From Eledone cirrhosa (lineage: Eukaryota), in contig OZ024742.1 in the NCBI GenBank assembly GCA_964016885.1, positions 315,270,001-315,334,000 on the forward strand: a stretch of 64,000 bases of DNA, read 5' to 3'. Numbering within the stretch: the stretch's first letter is position 1; each line of letters begins with the position of its first letter. The notes beneath the pieces were generated by a model that did no database searches, was not told where the DNA came from, and worked only from the letters and a program-made list of their open reading frames with translations. Positions 45,650-60,549 of this stretch are shown here, piece by piece. A program made the position numbers and the translations under genes.

Positions 45650-45755
45650 TCTCTTGGAGACGCAGGACATGGCGGCGATGATGAAGGACAGAGACCACTG
45701 GAGAGAACTCATCCATGGATCTCGGGAATTTTACCAGCCCCAGATAGATAGATAT
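45650..45755 (+). mobile_element. RTE-like LINE extreme 3' end
   Basis: DMAAMMKDRDHWRELI-type terminal motif followed by (TAGA)n. Confidence 0.55.
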
Positions 45756-45978
45756 GTTAACGAGTTCCTGGAATGATCATGGGCTAATCTTGAATATGGT
45801 AAAACCGTTGTAACGATCTTCGTTAATGTGATTCAAGACAGATTTGCAGCGAGTTGAGCTCTTCAAACTCCTAATTTTAATAATGTATTACACACACACT
45901 TGGATGTATTACACACACACACATGGACATGAATGTATGCGTGTATTTATATATATGTATCCCTATATATATATATAC

Positions 45979-46013
<35 letters not shown>

Positions 46014-46014
46014 C

Positions 46015-46045
<31 letters not shown>

Positions 46046-46137
46046 GCTAGACAAACACAATCAGACAGATAAATAAATGTGTGTATTTCTATGTATTTAT
46101 ATATAGGCATGTATCTGTTGCTTGATAGACAGACATA

Positions 46138-46316
46138 TAATTGTTTCTACTTTTGGCACAAGGCCAGCAATTACCCAGTACATTACTGGTACTTTATTTT
46201 ATCGACGGATGAAAGGCAAAGTTAACCTCGGCGGGATTTGAACACAGACTGTAAAGGGACGTAACTATGCTGGAAAGCATGGCGTCCGACTCTCTACTGA
46301 TACTGCCAATCCACCG
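46138..46316 (-). mobile_element. dominant tRNA-SINE copy
   Basis: Reverse complement of the consensus. Confidence 0.85.
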
Positions 46317-47300
46317 ACAGACATATAATGATGCGCGTGAGTGTGTGTATGTACATACTTGTATATACAAATATATAACTAAGAATGTTCAGAACCATTT
46401 TATAGTATGCAGCTTTCTAGCTAAAGTATTCATCCATGCATTATGGGTAACTTCAATATATCATTCTTATAACTACCATAAGGGGATCTTTTAGCGAGCA
46501 AAGATCATGATCTAGTTTCCATTTGCTCTTGTAGATATTTTACTTCATTTATGCGCTAAACCATGAACATCAAATTCTCATTTATTTTTCCTATAAATCT
46601 TGTGGGTATGTAATATATCAACCTATCAATTAATTCTCTATCAACAAACATATGTCCGGCTGTGTATGTTCATTTCACTGCCCTCATCCTCTTCTAGCCA
46701 TCTTTTTCTCCAGCCTCCCTTAACCATCCCCCTGTATCTCATATGTCAATTTATTTCAAATAGAAATGATTTCCATATGACTAGTGTAGTTTCATTCGGT
46801 TGGAGATGATTTCAAGAAAATCACTAATATACATTTTTATTTCAAATAAATATTCACATCACAGCAGGTCTTCAAGAAATCGTGGGAGCATTCCCAAGTG
46901 GTGTATGCTTGTTTATTGGACCTTGAAAAGTCATTCAACTCTGTTCCACTAGACTTGTTACGAAGGTTCTCCAGTAGTGTGAAATTTACGGACAGCTTCT
47001 TGATCCCTTGAAATCTCTAGACGAATATCCCAATATTTGTGTTCAGATAGATGGTGCTAAGTAGAAACCATCCAATGCAGATGTCGGACTCCACTAAGGT
47101 AGCTTGTGTGTATTATATATAATCTTTATCATTCGTCTTCTGTCTCCGTCTTCCCTTTCTGCGGTTCAAAATAAAATGGTTCCATATATATTTTACTTTG
47201 GTGCTATGCAGCTCACACAGTGTTGAGAATTTGTTTAGAATTATTGAAAATCTGCAAAGTGAAGCACGTGTCCTTAAGAATGGTTTGCTAACCGTTGTGG

Positions 47301-47630
<330 letters not shown>

Positions 47631-47735
47631 ATATATATATATATATATATATAAAGAAAAACGAAGATTCGTTTACATGTAGTTAGTTTTTTATTCTATA
47701 GCGACCTGTTGGACTATATGTTTGTTGAATCACCA

Positions 47736-47819
47736 GTCTGAAGAGCAGATAGAGAATGGAACCTGATTCATAATTTCTATGGGTGACATTGAGTCAATCC
47801 TCTGCGAAACGCGCGTAAC
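47736..47819 (+). ncRNA. type I hammerhead with long loop II
   Basis: gt-CTGAAGA-gcaga[about 50 nt]tctgc-GAAA-cgcgcg-TA-ac; downstream tail is inverted at about 47655-47695. Confidence 0.7.
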
Positions 47820-49809
47820 AGATAGATAGACAATAAAAAATCTAACTACATGTAAACAAAGCTTTATTTTTGTTCTTCATATATACACCTTGCCTGTGTA
47901 TCGAGTACTCATTTTAGTATCACCACCAGTAATTCACTGAATCACATTATATATATGTGGTGCTCCAGCATGGCCTCAGCCCCTCGGCTGGAACGTACAT
48001 AAATAAATAAATATATATATAATTTTTGTCCATCAAATTTCAATTACAAAGTTTTAATTAACTTGAGGCAGAAAACATTTGACCAAGGTGCCAGATATTT
48101 GGAGGGTATTGTGGTATCAAAAGGAACTCCTTAGCAACACAGTCATGCATACGTGTGTGTGGGTGTGGGTGTGTTGGTGGGTGGGTGTGTGTTGGAGAGA
48201 TGGGGAGAGGGAAAATATATGTAGTGCTTGTTTGTTAAAATTTCTTTAGTTATCCAATTTTCACAATCTCTACATCTTTATCAATTATCAACTATTTCCT
48301 CTATCCATAGACAGATTTTTCTTTGAAGATGGTGCAGTATTTGTTCCTTGGAAATTCTTGGTGTTTAGTTCTCACTACAGAGTTATTTTTACCCAGTTAG
48401 TAATAAAAGAAAAAAGAATAAATAACAAACCTCACTGCGAATTAGTAAATGAATATAAAACTCTCTGAAACGCTTTCCTACTTCTCTTGGCTCTAATAAA
48501 CTATTTCACCATTTTTGCTTTATATGTATGTGTTATTTGTATTATTTGTTTTTACAGTTTCTCTGTGTGTTGCATTACTTTTTATTTACTACTTGTGTGC
48601 GTGTGGAATGTTTTCTTTTTTTTTTCATTCATTCCTCCCTCTCTAATTTAGCATAGTTGTAACTACAGGTGGTTTGCTGTTTACCCCAAAAAGAATTATT
48701 GATCTTGCTACCAATGCAGCTGTTACTACCGATTATGTTCTTTACTATGTTCAAATTATACACTACGACCGTGTCTCCGACAGTTTTTCGAGGTGAATTC
48801 ACTACAAGCTGCATACAAATATATTTTTTTTGTTTTACTTTGTCTCGTTTTTGTCTTCATTTTCTTAATTTATTTATAAATTTTTTATTTTATTTTACTA
48901 TCTTTGCTTTTTTTCTATCATGTTTGTGGATATGGTTAGGAGATAAGCCGAGTTCGTGACGTATCTCCGTCTCGCTTCATTTCCCGGTAAGTCAGAAGAC
49001 TTTTGCCTAAATAATCGTTATTAGTATCATAGCTACTGGGGCTTTTGAAGTTGTTTGTTATTCTTACAATCTATTCTAATTGAATACACCTATTATCAAA
49101 AGCGCAGCCAACATACCTTTTTATCATAAATAGAGTCTTTACCTTATTTAATATATCCTTTCTATTTTTAAGACAGTACAGTGCGATGTGAGGGAGATTT
49201 TGCTCCTATTTCTAGCGAGTTAAATGACCACGTAAAGGCATTTTATTAATGTGTTGCTTTAAATAATTATTTTAGTAGTGAGTGTTCTCTACACACTAAT
49301 CTTAGTCCTGGTATCTGTTTTACTTAGGACAGCTTCATTTCACCTATTGTTATTGAGAGGCTAACAAGAAAGACTGCAGCTTTCTCTATCTTCCTATCAT
49401 ACAATATGTACTGCTTAGTTTGGTTTATTGTTTTTTCTGATTCTGGTTTTCTTATATCTGTGAAGGACCAGAAAAATAAAGTAAAACAGTTTGGTTTGGT
49501 TTTCGCTTCAGTCTATCTTTATATTTCTATAATTAATTTAGTTCTTTTACAATTTAGTTCTTCTGGCAATATTAACACAACATGACCCTCCCCAAGTATA
49601 ACAATATCTGTTTCAACACATGATTTTCATATCAAAACCTTGCAAATCAAATACATTTTCTTTAATGATTAATTCGTTTATTAATTAAGATGATTATAGT
49701 TTAGACTATGCAGAATGGAAAATGCTCATAAGTTTTTTTTTTAGGCTATCCTAATGATTTGTCAAGTAAGGGGCTTACTATGTTCAGATGTGCAAATGCC
49801 ATTATTGTA

Positions 49810-50371
49810 GCCAATTGGGGGGACTGGGTCTAAGGATAGAATGCTATCATTTAATTTTGATTTTGAAAGTAGGTTTATAATTATTAATTTTCATTGCTCT
49901 TTCGTAGCTGTCTCGGTGGCCGATCTGAAGAAATCATATTCGGTTGTGATCCTGGTCTGAAGTTCGATCCTGATTGGGAGAAGGGTACCCGGTAAACGTT
50001 TTTATTTTACATCCCATAGAAAAAAGAATATTACATGCACGTCTTAAAAAGGATTGAACCCAAGGAAACGATCTCCGCCGTCTCTAGTACCTACTGCTAG
50101 GCCACTGAGACAACTACAAAAATCTTATAAAAATTCATACTTATAAACCTACTTTCAAAATTTTCAAAACAAAATGATGTGATATCGTTAAGCTTTGCTT
50201 AATTGTTTTATTTATTTATTTTTATTTTATTCTTTCTCTTAAACTTCAGGTATTTTTTGAAAGCTAAGAATTGGCCCCTAAAATACTACAGTGGGCCCTG
50301 CAATGCTACCGTGGGCCCGCTGGGGCCCACTTGCCATTGAGCAACCGAGCAACCTGGCCAGTCCGCTATTG
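49810..50371. mobile_element. second copy of the 28358-29521 DNA transposon (opposite orientation)
   Basis: ctggccagtccgctattg terminus; shared ttcaggtattttttgaaagc and the internal IR tttgaaagtaggtttataa / ttataaacctactttcaaa. Confidence 0.7.
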
Positions 50372-51737
50372 ATTGTAGCAGTAAACGAGGAAGAGTGGGA
50401 AAACATTTCCGGGACAGATTTATAACCAAAAGCTATCACAATTCTGTTGTTGTTTTTTACATATTGTGTATCTCGAGCTCCTTTTATAAAATGGTGGGGA
50501 GGCGAATAAACAGAATCGTTAGAACATCAGAAGAATGAATGTTTTTGTATTATTTGTTCCATGTCTCTGCGCTGCGAGTTCAACATTTAATTTCATCCTT
50601 CGAAGACAGTAGATGAAATACCATTTCAGAACTGGGGTGGATCCACTCACTCAGACATGAAGAGAGATGTGCTCCGCCAGGCCTTCCCTACCAAGGAGTT
50701 CAGTGCTCATGGGTAGGTGGGAATATATAAGTGGAGGGATATTTGACTGTTATTTCTCATAGATCTAGCTATTATATAAAAGACAGCTCGTTGGCTCGAG
50801 TCGGAGTTTATTTGTTAGAGAGGCTTTGCCAATTAATCAAGTTGGAAAATAAATCCGGGAAATAAATTATGTATTAGAAGAAAGTATCAAATTGCAGTTT
50901 ATGACATTTTGATGAATCTAATTCGTTTGTTGCACTTGTTTCATAGCTGGTTTGATTAGATGTCGTGTGTTGAAACTAAATTAGTCGCATTATGAGTCAT
51001 ATCTGTTTCATGAATGAGGTAGAAACATTACTAATCTGATTTTAATGCTGATGTTGATTCAGATTATGTTATATTTCTATTGTTGCATAATTTCTGCCAC
51101 CAATTCATTATTCTCCTTTACAAAGGCATGCAATACGCATCTTAAGTTTCTCTTCATTGTTTTATATTAAAATAAAAACAAGCAGTATTTGTTACTTAAG
51201 CTACGATTATTTATTACTGTTGAATTTACCGGTCTGAAACGCTGGGTTATGTTGTTCTAGCTGTTATTAACTAAAGAATGCTGTTGATGATGATGGTGAT
51301 GATTGTTTAATTGTTACTTTTTCTTCCCTTGTCGATGTTGCTAATATATCTGTTTAAATTTCTTTCTTTTTTCTATCTTTTTCAGAACGTAGTTTGGAAG
51401 TAGTGACATGATACATTGATACATTCCCATCAAATTAAATTCTTCGATTCAGCTTCTTCGCTGATAATCAGAGCTATGTCATAACACCGGTGAATAGAAT
51501 CATTAAAGCGTCGGATAGAATATCTCATGGTATTTGTTCCGGCTATCTGCGCTGAGGTCAACCTTGTCTGTCACCTTTTCAGGGTCGATAAAATTATGTA
51601 ACAATCTATGGAGGTAAATTGACTGAATTGTTAGAACATTGGACGAGAGACTGAGCCGTAACCGCTGCGGTAATTTGCGCTATATGTTCAAATTCCACAT
51701 GGCCAGGGCTAATCAGTTGTTAACGGGAACATAACTA

Positions 51738-51914
51738 CCGTATTTCCCGACTTTTTTCCTAAAATAAGTCTCAAAAATCTACCATGCACCCTGGAGGCTG
51801 AAGCTAGTTTATTGTTATTTTTTTTTTTTTTTTTTTTTTTTTTTCAAATTTCTGGTTGTCAAAATTAGGGTGCGTCCTCGAGGACGAAGCGTCTTCGGTG
51901 CCGGGAAATACGGG
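51738..51914. mobile_element. Tc1/pogo-type MITE
   Basis: TA-ccgtatttcccg ... cgggaaatacgg(g)-TA terminal inverted repeats. Confidence 0.75.
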
Positions 51915-52963
51915 TAATTATTAAAGCGGAAATGGCTGGAGATGGATTGTGGCCATTTGCTCCTGAAGTCCAACGAGGATGATGCCTAACATTCTATTTG
52001 AAGCTTCATTATGAGGCCTCCTCGTTGGTAAATATTGATGGTGTTGCTGCTAAAGTCACACACTCGTGGTAGTGGTGATGCTGCGACTGGTCCTGCTGCT
52101 GTTGCTGCATGGTGGGGTGCTGTTAGAATTGCTGCTGCTACAACTGTTGCTGATGATGATAAGCTTTGCTAGTGAATCCTTTGCTAAAATTATCACTGCA
52201 CTTGCTTTTACTAATCATGCGTAAACATCCGTTGACATAAACTAGAATTCTAATCACATGACCTTGTTGCCAGTCTTAAATCATAAAGCAATGTTACCTA
52301 ATACTAGTAATGGATCAGAAGACGGTAATGTTATTGATAATGAATAGTGGGAAAGAAGTAAATTGATGATGGCAATGGAAAATGTGTTTGTGCATAAAGA
52401 TGTCTTTTACATTCTGCAGCAAAGAAATAAAAATAATATATTGATTGATAGCAATGCTCTTTCAGAGAACACCACTGTTCCGCTCGTTTCCTGGTTCTCT
52501 TTTTGAAACCCGACATTTTCAGCATATTAAAATATAGATCAAGAAATATGATTTATCTCTTCAGATGCAAAAATATGTTTCATCAACATATAAATATTTT
52601 AGCGAGTTTATTTAAATACATAAAGTTGCCACATACTGAATTAAGTACTCAATACTTTAGAAATGTGGATTTATATATTCTTTTATTAATCACGGTGTTT
52701 TTTAAGCTGAAAATATAACAACTGTTTAAACAGAAATAAAATTCTGACAGACAGTATTTAATGAACAAATATAAAAAATATATTAAAAGCTCTACTTTCA
52801 CCCTCAAATACTTTCTTTTCTCCTTGTATACTGCTAAGTATTTCACTATGTACACACATATATGCATATGTATACAAGGATAGAAAGGAAGAAATATAAA
52901 TATATATGTAAGTCGTACATGATAAACCTAATCAGACTCCTCATCCTTATTTTTGTCAGTCAG

Positions 52964-53633
52964 ACATACATACATACATACATACATACATACATACATA
53001 CATACATACATACATACATACATACATACATGGTGGCTGCCAACTCGTTTTCGAGTACGGCCACTACTTTATATCCATGTAGGAGAACGCTTACCGATGC
53101 GCTGACGAGTGTGACCTTTTAGTCCAGCCAGCGACTTGAAAACTCTGGTACAAACACTACACTTATGACAATTATTGACATAGGGCTGGGCCCATGGTAC
53201 CATGTGACGACAAGTGCAGAGAGATCTCCAGATATAAAGCAATGCCTGTGCCGTGAAGCTTTTATAGTGAGCAAAGGCACTGCACAAAGCCAGTCCCACT
53301 CTCTTAACCAAGATGATATTTACCAAAAAAAAGAACAAGTCAACATCATTGGATACCATCAGGGTTGCAGGTGTTATATCAGAGTTTTCCTTCTCCTAGA
53401 ATTCAGCCTTGACAAAGGCTAAGGGGTCATCTCTCCCGGTGATTTTGGATGGCCATTGACTCTTAAGAGCTCCTTTGCCCTTTGACAGGTTTTCTTTTTA
53501 GTCCTGCAGGATGTCCAAAGTCACCCTCCTCACCAAGAAACCTTGGTGGGGTTGCCAGTTTAGTCGCCAACGACCCGACCATGGGACAGGTTGTACTGGA
53601 ATACATGTTACCAGTAGCACCAAGTGGTGACCT
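52964..53633 (-). mobile_element. internally deleted (non-autonomous) RTE element with (TATG)n tail
   Basis: 3' C2H2-like CSVCTRVFKSLAGLKGH; (CATA)n at 52964-53030; related segment at 54785-55085. Confidence 0.6.
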
Positions 53634-53634
53634 G

Positions 53635-54720
53635 ACATACATACATACATACATATATGATGGCTGTAAACTCGTGTTGGAGTATTGCCATCGCCCGATA
53701 AAATGCTCAAAAATGTGAGGCACGAATGTGGTTCTATAAACCAGCCAAAAACTTGCACCCTCTGGCACATACATGGCAACTGTAGACTCCTCCGGGACTT
53801 TCCATTGCTTTGTTCTGGCTATGTGTTCTCATGTGTCTTTTAAGCCCTCCCATGCTGGCACATTCCTTGCTACATTCCTTACACATTTTCATATCATAAT
53901 CTACATGAGGTCTACTGATGTGACCTTGTTCGTCTAGTCAAACCAGCTTTATTCAGACAGCTTCGACTACAGTGCTGGCAAACCAGATGATTCTCAACAG
54001 CAGTTCAGAACAGTCTCTCTTCCTTACCTTCCTTTTCAGTGTTAGGTGTTCTCTTCGACGAGTTTCAAAATGTTCTCTACCTGACTTGATCAAACGTCTC
54101 CACTTCACATGCTCCTCAGCCATTTTCCCCCATTCGTCAGATGAAATTCCAGCACAAGCCCCTGACACAATCCCGGTACCGCATTTTTGGTTTGTGTGGT
54201 GGTCGCCTTCCTTCACACAGTTCTCCGTAGAGAGAAGTTGCTTTGGAATGCGATCATCAGACATCCGGACCACGTGTCCGCCCCACATCAACCGATGCCG
54301 AAAGATCATGCTCTCTATAGTCACGCACCTGCTCTGTTCGAGAACTTCCAAATCACTGACGAACATTTTCCATCGCACCCCAAATAACAAAGATAAATAC
54401 ATACACACATTACCGCTATGGACTCGCTATGCCATATGATCAACATTTGTGCCACTTCCTCTTTTCCTTTAAAGACACAGTGCATCCTCATTGATGGCTC
54501 TCGAGATGAAAACATACGCTAATATGACAAGACCAAATCTTCACCTCCAGCCACCGACAGTACTTCATCATATGACATAGCAGAATAGGTGATCTGATAC
54601 ACCACCACATAGTCCACCTGATACTCCACGTGATACTCCAGTCGCCGCAACGAAAGCTCCACCATCTCTTAGTGGCTGGACGAAACCCATGTCCTGCCAT
54701 ACGCTATAAAAAAATTTGCC
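53635..54720 (-). mobile_element. RTE (BovB-like) LINE, decayed
   Basis: VSDLEVLEQS..IESMIFRHRLMWGGHVVRMSDDRIPKQLL; (CATA)n tail at 53636-53655. Confidence 0.8.
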
Positions 54721-55287
54721 TATACATCCTATTTTATAGTTAAAACAAATTGGTGATAACAGAGCTCCTCTCTAAGTGGTACATTCATACATACATGATG
54801 GCTGCCCCCTCGATATCGTGTATAGCCATTGCACGATATAACATTATTAATAATTATCAATTAATGGTATCGTGCAATGCCTGTGCGTGAAGATTATTTT
54901 TTAAGTGAAGAAAGACTGTGCACTGAGCCAATCCCACTCTCTGAGCGACAGTAGCTAAAACCCGAACAGAAGAAAAGATCAACATCATCTGTAACTACTG
55001 AGCCGCAGGTTTTATATCGGAGTTATCCCAGTTTCTTGAGTTGCCTTCTCCAAGAAGAATGCCCACTCCCAGTGGTTTAACCGCATGCATACATTCATAC
55101 ACACACATACACTCATGTGTGTATATGTTTGTATATGTGTGCGCGTGAGAAACTAAGTTTCTAAACGTATGAAATGAAAGAGAGAATGTTTCTATTTTCC
55201 ATTTTCAAGAAAACGCATACGCGCACACACACACGCACACACGCACACACGCACACACGCACACATACACACACACACTGTAATGAA

Positions 55288-55922
55288 ATTGTTTCTAAAA
55301 TAGGCAGAAGGCCAGCAACTTATGGGATGGGGAAGGTCGGTTAAATCTACACCAGTATTTTACTTGTACTATATTTCATCAACCTCAGAGGGATGAAAGG
55401 TAAAGTTGACCTCAGCGGGATTTGAACTCAGAGCGTAAAGGGCCTTAGCTAAATGCGACAAAGTATATTTCCGACGCCTTAACGCTTTGCCAATTCCTAT
55501 TCCACGATTAAATGATTATTTCTAGTATAGGCACAAGGCCAGTAATTGGGGGGGGGGTCAATTAAATCGACCCCAGTACATTACTGGTACTTTATTTTAT
55601 CGACCCCGTAAGGATGAAAGGCGAAGTTAACCTCGGCGGGATTTGAACACAGACTGTAAAGGACCGTAACTCTATGCTGCAAAGCATGATGTCCGACTCT
55701 CTACCGATACTGCCAATCTGCCGCCCTCATTCTACGATATAATAATTGTTTCTATTTTGGCACAAAGCCAGAAATTATCGCAGTGTATTACTGGTACTTT
55801 ATTTTATCGACCCCGTAAGGATGAAAGGTAAAGTTAACCTCCACGGGATTTGAACTCAGACCGTAAAGGGACGTAACTATGCTGGGAAGCATGGTGTCCG
55901 ACCCTCTACCGATACTGCCAAT
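55288..55922 (-). mobile_element. three tandem copies of the dominant tRNA-SINE
   Basis: Three gggatttgaac motifs at about 55417, 55638 and 55845. Confidence 0.88.
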
Positions 55923-56149
55923 TCACCTATGGTACTAGGTATATTTGATAGATTCAACCTATGTCCATTCAATGTACTTATTTTATGAACCCTAGAACAA
56001 TGAATAGAAGATAACTTATTTCTTAACTCAGAAACATGTGGTCACGAACAAGTCAATCAAATAATTTATTTAGATACTCTATCATCAGCCCTAAGCAAAT
56101 AGTTCCAAGGTAAATATCTTCATAAACCAATACAATTGATAATCTATAT

Positions 56150-56382
56150 ACACGTGTGTGTGTGTACGTGTGTGCATGCGTACGCATGTGCGTGCGTGCA
56201 TGCGTGCGCATGTGCGTGCGTGCATGCGTGCGCATGTGCGTGCGTGCATGCGTGCGTGCGCATGTGCGTGCGTGCATGCGTGCGTGCGCATGTGCGTGCG
56301 CATGTGCGTGCGCATGTGCGTGCGCATGTGCGTGCGCATGTGCGTGCGTGCATGCGTGCGTGCGCATGTGCGTGTGTGTGTG
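56150..56382. repeat. alternating purine/pyrimidine (GCGT/GCAT) repeat
   Basis: Direct reading. Confidence 0.95.
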
Positions 56383-57109
56383 TATCTTTAATTAGTTTGG
56401 TAAATAGTTTAGTATTACTTTGTTTCCACATTCTATGATAATTGATTTATCGTTCAGATAGCTTGGAGCTGTGAAGACTATTGGGAGCGGCGTATTAGTC
56501 TTTCAATAGTTTTGGATATCAATAAAAAGAGAATTTTTAGTATACTAGGAATCAATGGTCAAAACCTAGACGATGTCTGGTGTTTTCTTTTTGTGGGTCA
56601 TCATTGAAATATTCGATTTCCGATGTGCGTGCTACAATACTGATTAACCACTTAAGCCAGGCTTATTCTTTTTGTACTTTTATATTCACTTCTATGAAGA
56701 ATATATTCTGTATTCGTGTTCTTGCCTTTTCTGTTTGTTAAACTTGACTCCTTGACGCTCTATTCTACTTTCTAGCTAACCTCTCTTTTGTTATGTATCC
56801 TTTTTCTCTGGCTCTAACTTTATTAATTACACACACACACATCTATCTATATATATGTATAGATAGATAGATAGATTTCTTTATTTGCCACAAGGGCGCA
56901 CAAGAAAAGGGGACAATACAAAGACATGCCGGGGATTTTACATACAGTCGTGTAAAAAATATAAAAACAAACAATTACAACAATCGAAATCCCCAATAGG
57001 GGGGAAGCGCCACAAATGGGTTGTTTAATACGCCGTCGATAGAACAACCCTCAACTGCAAGAGCGTGTTGTGCAAGTGCTCCTTTCTTCCTTTTGCTCTC
57101 TTATTCAAC

Positions 57110-60100
57110 CTACAGGCTTTTAAACAGAGAAGACACAATCACTCGGGCCATTTTCGCTTCATTCACCCACCTTTCAGTAAATTTACTGGGGTGCAGTGCC
57201 TCTCTCTCCACTCTGATTCTCCTTCTAAAGTGATACTTAAAGAAGGGAATCAATTGTTGTCCGGAGAGAAAGGCATCTGTCCTCAGTCCTCTCAATCTCG
57301 TCCACCATATAACTTCTTTCACCATAGCCACCGTACAGAGGAAAACCGCCTCTCTTTCGTTTTTGAAAGAGGCTGGCGGTTTTATCCTTACTATGGACTC
57401 GGCAGTCAACTGGATTTGTCCTATACGCGACAGCAGTTGTTCTACATAGTTCCATAGGTCGGTTACGCCCGGGCAGTGTACAATTGCGAGCAGGACTGTT
57501 TCAATGTCCTGCGTGCATCTTGGACACGTCCTCTTGGAAGGATCCCTGTCGGGGCGTCCGTCCCTGTAGATCTTGTCACGAACCGGTAGAGCTCCTCGGT
57601 AGCACTGCCAGGCCATGGACCTCTGGAAGTTGTCCATAGGTCCCGGGCGGAAAGTCCTACCAAACAGACTAGTGAGCTCATCGTCTTCGACGCCCAGAGT
57701 CTCTCCGAGCACGTCGTCACCCTTGTAACGTACAATCCCTCTATAGAATGTCGAAGTGGAGTCTCCACTGATTTCTGCGCCCGCTTGCTAGAGGACTGTG
57801 AGCGCCTGAGCGCATTCAATGTGCCAGGCGCCCATCGTTTTCGGTCTTTTCTTGACCCAGGACTGCAGCTCCGTCAGCGAGACGAGCTGTGGGAAAGCCT
57901 GTCTCACAAACGGTGACCACACCGGTTGGGGGTCGGTGAGGAATACCTGGAAATGCCGCAGCCTCAGCGCATGTTTGCGCATCATCAGCCACGGCATTCC
58001 CAGCCCTCCGTTGGAAGGGTGCTGACAGCATACGGATGTCCTCACCAGCGGAGCCTGCTTCTTCCACAGAAACTGGAAGAGCATGCGTTCCATCTTGGCG
58101 AGGTGTTCACGGGGACAATGCACGACAGTCAAGCGGTAGTAGATGACGGACGCTATGAAAATGTTCGCCACCTCCGCTCGACCTTTCAAGGACAGTTTGC
58201 ACTCTGTCCACTTCTGGGTGAGTGCAAACATCTTGGCCGTGACCTCGTTCCAGTTTTTCTCCACCTGGAGGTCTGGACCGAACCAGACCCCGAGCAATTT
58301 CACCGGTCCAGCGTCCAACGACGCTGTCGGACGTCATCGGTTTGCCTCTCCACGTACCGAGTTGCAAACCGACAGACTTGTCCGGGTTTAGTTTTGCTCC
58401 CGTCAGCGTTTCGTATTCTTTCAGTAAGTTTCCGATCACCCCGATTTCCGAGGTACTCGACACCATTACCGTCACGTCGTCGGCATAAGCCGACGCCGCT
58501 TTGCACAGTCCCGGTTCTAGAAGGATGCCCTGCAACAGTTCCAATTTCCGCAGTAGTGGTTCTAGAGTCAATACATACAGAATGGAGGAGAGAGGGCACC
58601 CCTGTCGAATGGAACGCGTGATTGCGAACGGCTCCGATAGGTAGCCGTTCACCTTGAACCTCGAGCAGATGCTGGTGTGCATCGCCTCGATCCATCCTCT
58701 GAACACGGGACCGAAACCGGCCGCCTTGAGAACCGCATCCAAGTATCGATGGTCGACCCTATCGAATGCCTTAGACTAATCCAAATTTATCAGAGCCCTA
58801 CCGAAGCCGGGTTTACTACCTACCCTCTCTATGATGTATCGCATGAGGTGGAGGTTGTCGTGTATGGACCTGGTCGGGATTGCACACGTTTACGCTTTCC
58901 CTACCAGGTTCTCGACGATAAGCGCCAACCTCGTCGCTAGCACCTTGGCCAAAATTTTTAACTTTGTGTTGAGCAGAGTTATGGGCCTGAAGTTGTTAAT
59001 TTCGTCCCCCTTGTTCTCGTCTTTCCTGATCAGCGTTACTACGCCCTTGCCTGCAGAACTGGGAATTCTTCCGCTCTGCTGCCAATTGCAGTAGACGGCT
59101 TCGAGGACGCCAGAGAACAAGTCCGGCATGCCTATGTAAAACTCATAGGGTAGACCATCTAGACCGGGTGACTCGCGTTTCCCGCAGCGGCCCAGAGTGT
59201 CCCGTATTTCAGTGTCCTTGATCGGTCTTTCGCAGAAGTCGGCGTCCGTGTTCGAGAGACAGGCAGGCCGTCGAGGTATGAACTAAAGTCCATTGCCCCG
59301 TTCGGCTCACCGTCGTTCTGCTCAAACAGTCGCGCAAAGTGCTGCTGAAAGGCCGCGCACATTTGCTTGGGGTCAAGTAGTACGCGTCCGTTTTGGTCTT
59401 TCAAAGACCGAATTGTGGACTTGTTGCCACTTTTTGCCTCCGCCACTCGGGCCCAGCTGACAGCTTTCGCTCCTTCGTTTCCTAGAGCACGTGTTTTGCT
59501 CCTGGCCACGCAGCCTTCGTGTTTCGCATCGAAGAACTGATCCAGTGCCGTTCTCGACGCTAACACTCTAGCCGCGTTGCCACTTCTAAGTGCCTCCTCT
59601 ACCTTGGCTACTAGTTCTCTTTCTAGTTTGTTTTTCTCTAAGGCTAACTCTCTGCTAAACCCTATCGATTCTATTCTAATTGCTGTCTTGAGAGAGTACC
59701 ACCATCTATTGTTGACGATGGCTCCCGTTAATTGTTGCTTGACTAGTCTACTTATCCGTTCACTGTAAGCTTTACGTGCCGGCAACGACACGTTCAGCTT
59801 CCAGTATCCGGGTCATTGTTTATGTGTTCTATCACGGTTGACTAAGCAGACGACTAATTTGTGATCTGAATAGGCAACCATGTGCATTCGTGGACAGCTT
59901 AACATCTCCTTGTCCCTTTCTCTAATGAAGAACCTATTTAAATACGATTTAGATGTCCCGCTGCGGTTTGCCCACGTCCATTGTGGTACAGTCGGGAAAT
60001 CCAGTCGATACCTATCGGCCAGTTGGAATCGGCCGATTAAAGTTTTGAGGCTGTTGCACCCCCCTCTACTGGGACATGCTCCCACATAGTCCCATCGTGC

Positions 60101-60547
60101 ATCTAGGATACCATTCCAGTCCCCCACTAAATGTAAGGAGCGAGACGTTCCCAGAAAAGACTCTAGACGCTTAAAGAAGTCTGGCCGTGATTGCGATTGC
60201 CCGGTCGGGGCATAAACGGCCACCAGACTGAAAGCTCCACCTCCAATACTGTTCACGTCTAGGACTACCAGTCTACCATCCGCGTCCAAGTGTACTTGCT
60301 GTACTTCGACGTCCAGGTTCTTCCGAAACATGACAGCCACTCCACCTCCACCTCCTGGCTGACAGAGAGATGCGTAGATCTCAAAGTCGTCGAAGATGGG
60401 GGTTAGTTGCTGCCTGTTGTGGATCCTGGACTCGATGATTGCTATCACATCCATACCGTGTGACCTAAGGTCGTTTAAAAGTTGGCCCTGTTTCCAGGTC
60501 ATCCCTAGGCCACGCACATTCACGCTTCCAACTCGTAAACTAGTCAT
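57110..60547 (-). pseudogene. ORF2: APE endonuclease + reverse transcriptase + C-terminal Zn motif (stops and frameshifts)
   Basis: SVNVRGL, VYAP, GDWN, SDH; *PGYWKLN; RPITLLN..KILAK; LD*SKAFDRV; QGCPLS; AYADD; LGVWF; CPRC..ET. Confidence 0.93.
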
Positions 60548-60549
60548 GT

